A stretch of DNA of 64,000 nt from Cyclobacteriaceae bacterium (GTDB lineage: Bacteria; Bacteroidota; Bacteroidia; Cytophagales; Cyclobacteriaceae): positions 15,099 through 79,098 of the forward strand of contig JANPBK010000073.1 in assembly GCA_031430395.1 (NCBI GenBank), given 5' to 3'. Within the stretch, counting starts at the first letter, position 1. Each line of letters starts with the position of its first letter. The notes below the pieces were generated by a model. That model ran no database searches. It saw only the letters and a program-made list of their open reading frames with translations, and was not told the DNA's origin. Positions 61,107 through 64,000 of the stretch are shown in pieces. Both the position numbers and the translations under genes were made by a program.

Positions 61107-61799
61107 ATGAAAACCATCGAGATTATAGGGTATCGAAGAGCAAATCTCGGCAAGAATGACTCTCAAAAAATCCGTGAAGAAGGCAATGTGCCATGTGTGC
61201 TTTACGGAGGCGACAATCAGATTCATTTTTACTCACCCGTTATTTTATTCCGCGATCTAGTGTACACGAATGAAGCCCATTTTGTGCATTTGAACATTGA
61301 AGGCGAAGAATGCCAGGCCATTATGCAGGAGATTCAATTTCATCCTGTGAGTGAGATCATTCTTCACGTAGATTTCTTGCGCATTACAGACGCTAGAAAA
61401 ATTAAAATGGACATTCCAGTACGCCTTGTTGGACAAGCACCAGGTGTTGCTAAAGGTGGTGCATTGGTTCGTAAACGAGCTGCATTAAAAGTTTATGGCT
61501 TTGCGAAAGATATGCCAGATCATATTGATGTGGATTGCTCATCTCTAGATTTTCACCATGCTGTGAAAGTAGAGGATATGAAAATGCCAAACCTCGAGTT
61601 CTTAGATCCAAAGATGGCTGCTATTGCTTCTGTAGAAGTACCTCGTTCTGCTAAATTAGCCGAGGAAACTGCTGCCGCTGCTGCTGCTGCCGCACCTGCT
61701 GCTGGAGCTGCTGCACCTGCTGCCGGAACTGCTGCGCCTGCTGCTGCTGATGCTAAAAAGGCAGACGCCCCTAAAAAAGAAGAGAAAGGGAAAAAATAA
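61107..61799 (+). CDS. rplY: 50S ribosomal protein L25/Ctc (long form) with Ala/Pro-rich tail
   Basis: REEGNVPCVLYGG, EIQFHPV..ILHVDF, GVAKGG; low-complexity GCT-rich tail. Confidence 0.93.
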   Translation: MKTIEIIGYRRANLGKNDSQKIREEGNVPCVLYGGDNQIHFYSPVILFRDLVYTNEAHFVHLNIEGEECQAIMQEIQFHPVSEIILHVDFLRITDARKIKMDIPVRLVGQAPGVAKGGALVRKRAALKVYGFAKDMPDHIDVDCSSLDFHHAVKVEDMKMPNLEFLDPKMAAIASVEVPRSAKLAEETAAAAAAAAPAAGAAAPAAGTAAPAAADAKKADAPKKEEKGKK

Positions 61800-61814
61800 T
61801 TTAAAATCAATTGC

Positions 61815-61856
61815 AAAAAGTCCCGTCCTCCGATATTCATCGGGACGGGATTTTTT
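61815..61856 (+). terminator. Terminator-like hairpin between rplY and pth
   Basis: TCCCGTCC..CGAT-attc-ATCG-GGACGGGA-TTTTTT. Confidence 0.75.
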
Positions 61857-61870
61857 GTTTCTTTATATGT

Positions 61871-62431
61871 ATGAAGTATTTGATAGCCGGGCTCGGCAAT
61901 ATGGGGCCTGAATATGAACTTAGCCGCCACAACATTGGGTTCCTTACGCTGGATCGCATTGCCGATAAACATAACATTCAATTTACCACCAACCGATTAG
62001 CGGATAAAGCAGAATTAAAATACAAGGGCAGATACCTTCACTTCATTAAGCCAAACACCTACATGAACTTGAGTGGGAAAGCAATCTCCTTTTGGATGCA
62101 GGATTTAAAAATACCTAAAGAAAATCTATTGGTTATTGTGGATGATTTAGCGTTGCCTTTTGGTAGTTTACGAATGCGTACAAAAGGAAGCGCGGCAGGA
62201 CATAATGGATTGAAAAATATAGAACTACTTTTGGGGGGACAGGAATATACCCGTCTACGGTTGGGTATAGGCAATGACTTCTCTCAAGGCGGGCAAGTCG
62301 ATTTTGTGCTCAGTAATTTTAGTCAGGAAGAATTTAAACAATTGCCAGCCGTGATGGACAAAGCCGCAGACATGGCGCTCTCTTTCTGCACAATAGGCGC
62401 AGAACGAACAATGAATTTTTTTAATAAATAA
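61871..62431 (+). CDS. pth: Peptidyl-tRNA hydrolase
   Basis: IAGLGNMG..Y..RHNIGF, KPNTYMNLSG, VDDL, GHNGLK, RLRLGIG; true start ATG 61871. Confidence 0.96.
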   Translation: MKYLIAGLGNMGPEYELSRHNIGFLTLDRIADKHNIQFTTNRLADKAELKYKGRYLHFIKPNTYMNLSGKAISFWMQDLKIPKENLLVIVDDLALPFGSLRMRTKGSAAGHNGLKNIELLLGGQEYTRLRLGIGNDFSQGGQVDFVLSNFSQEEFKQLPAVMDKAADMALSFCTIGAERTMNFFNK

Positions 62432-62437
62432 ATTAAT

Positions 62438-62707
62438 ATGAACTGGATAGAGATGATTGGTCTGGCAGGAGCCTTTTTAAGCAGTATTACCTTTATTCCT
62501 CAGGTATATAAAGTGTGGAAAACTAAAAGCGTTGGAGATTTAAGTTTGATGATGATGTTAATTGTATCATCCAGTACGATCATTTGGCTTGTGTACGGAA
62601 TTGCCTTACTGCTTTGGCCAGTCATTCTGGCCAATGGAATAATCTTTTGCTTAAGTCTATTGTTGATCTATTTTAAGTTCGCGTACGATAAAAAAAGTAA
62701 TCAGTAA
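62438..62707 (+). CDS. SemiSWEET / PQ-loop family transporter
   Basis: 89 aa, 3 TM; TFIPQVYK..KTKSVGDLS; WLVYG; N in TM3. Confidence 0.88.
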   Translation: MNWIEMIGLAGAFLSSITFIPQVYKVWKTKSVGDLSLMMMLIVSSSTIIWLVYGIALLLWPVILANGIIFCLSLLLIYFKFAYDKKSNQ

Positions 62708-62762
62708 TAGTTTTCGATTGCATCGTTTGCCGAATCCCGATTACTGATTACTCCATATGTAT

Positions 62763-63638
62763 TTACTTCTTCCTGATGATTATATCGCCATTGTAATTCT
62801 TTATACTAAATTCCGGCCCACCACCGTTGATTTCACCTTTTACCCATTCATCAATTACTACTTTATAGGTACCTGATTTAGTATCCTTCTTTTGGATGGG
62901 TCCGCTCTTGATCATGGCCATATCAAATCCACTCAGTATCTCTCCTTGCTCAGTCTTCATTTTGAAAGTCGCCTTTAAAGAGGCTGGAAAAGTAAGATCA
63001 ATATCTCCATTAAATGTCGAGAAGGACATGGGGGTTGCTTCCGTTACTTTATCGAAGGTGACTTTTATTTCACCATTATATGTAGTAGCTACCACTGAAC
63101 CGGAAATATTCTCGGCATTGATTTCACCATTGTAATTGTTAATTTCCAATTCACCCTGGATGTTGCTGATCACTAAATCCCCATCGTTATAGGTACTTAC
63201 ATTTAAATCAAAGCCCGAAGGCAATTCGATTTCAAGTTTTAATTTATTTGACCAGGAGTCAGAATTTACTCTTACTGAATTATCATTTTCAGTTACTTCC
63301 AGATCCATTGTTCCACCAGATATTTTCTTTAGCCCCGCATTCTTACCGTCAGAACCTGAATTCGTTTTCGTATTGATACGAGGCAACGGCTTTAATCTCT
63401 TTTCTTCGTCTCTGTCGTCATCGTCTTCTTCTCCCTCTGCAATTGCTTTGTATTTTACCAATACATCTTTGCGTGGTGAGCCTTTGATTGTAATTGAACC
63501 ATAATTGAGGTGAGCTTTTAATTTTCCTCTTTTATTAGGGTCGGTTAATGGAACAACAAACTCTCCTGCATTTTGCGCAAAGGCAGTAGATAAAGTGATA
63601 AAAAATAATATTGCTATGATTATAAGTTGCTTTTTCAT
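62763..63638 (-). CDS. DUF4097-like beta-strand repeat (adhesin-like) secreted protein
   Basis: Signal peptide AFA|Q; repeated T/N-YNG-E/D-I motifs; C-terminal GEINGGGPEFSIKNYNGDIIIRK. Confidence 0.8.
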   Translation of the reverse strand: MKKQLIIIAILFFITLSTAFAQNAGEFVVPLTDPNKRGKLKAHLNYGSITIKGSPRKDVLVKYKAIAEGEEDDDDRDEEKRLKPLPRINTKTNSGSDGKNAGLKKISGGTMDLEVTENDNSVRVNSDSWSNKLKLEIELPSGFDLNVSTYNDGDLVISNIQGELEINNYNGEINAENISGSVVATTYNGEIKVTFDKVTEATPMSFSTFNGDIDLTFPASLKATFKMKTEQGEILSGFDMAMIKSGPIQKKDTKSGTYKVVIDEWVKGEINGGGPEFSIKNYNGDIIIRKK

Positions 63639-63718
63639 TTTAAATTATTTAAATGTGTTAATAATTAATTTATTTCTATGTGTTACTGAAAATTTTGGCC
63701 CCTAGAACAGCTAGTCAA

Positions 63719-64000
63719 TTATTGTGTTCTCTCCTTTAGATAGACATTGCCGTTAAACGTCTCAAAATCCAGCAGTGGGCCACCGCTTCCAATTTTAAAT
63801 CGATTTCCATTCAGTTTGTATTTTGTCTCTGCAGCGCCTCGCTCCTTTTCCACTTGGACTGGCAATGATTCTAACTGTTTCACATTACTGTAAAATTCTC
63901 CATTAAAGCTTTTAAAATTTGTGTTAGCCGTCAATCCTTTTTGAAACCAGGCATTGATGTCTCCGTTAAGCGTATAAAATCTACAAGCCTTTTCCGGATT
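63719..64000 (-). CDS. DUF4097-like protein, 3' part only (5' outside window)
   Basis: Frame is open to the window edge (..FYTLNGDINAWF..FKSFNGEF..IGSGGPLLDFETFNGNVYLKE). Confidence 0.75.
   Translation of the reverse strand, partial: NPEKACRFYTLNGDINAWFQKGLTANTNFKSFNGEFYSNVKQLESLPVQVEKERGAAETKYKLNGNRFKIGSGGPLLDFETFNGNVYLKERTQ

Noticed and set aside
61670-61750. GCT/GCTGCC tandem repeats
   Set aside because: They encode the Ala/Pro-rich low-complexity tail common in long-form L25, not a separate element.

Overview
A 64-kb chromosomal window from a Bacteroidota bacterium, most likely Cytophagales. This assignment is inferred from the TAnnTTTG promoters, A-rich starts without Shine-Dalgarno motifs, the exonuclease-fused DnaE and the expanded MacB-like permeases. 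It is mostly housekeeping and envelope genes: ndh, kup, galM, pdhC, hslV, gap, sdhCAB, dnaE-trxA, ppc, tRNA-Gln-prs-rplY-pth and tRNA-Glu. An accessory envelope block at about 4.4-23 kb holds five paralogous MacB/FtsX-type ABC permeases with no ATPase in the window, an OmpR-type two-component system and several secreted proteins. No CRISPR array, rRNA, transposase or integrase was seen. Most notable signals: (1) two permease loci share the same upstream layout, a pair of 16-bp YGTYCG-N4-CGRACR-like sites 20 bp apart starting exactly 88 bp before a sigma54-type TGGCA box; (2) an AT-rich lipoprotein gene just after tRNA-Glu is bracketed by attC-like hairpins and looks like an orphan gene cassette; (3) a two-component system sits next to phased GTTACA repeats and a tandem glycan-binding protein with no catalytic domain; (4) a 934-aa fusion joins two normally separate protein families; (5) two small ORFs are missing from the supplied ORF track.
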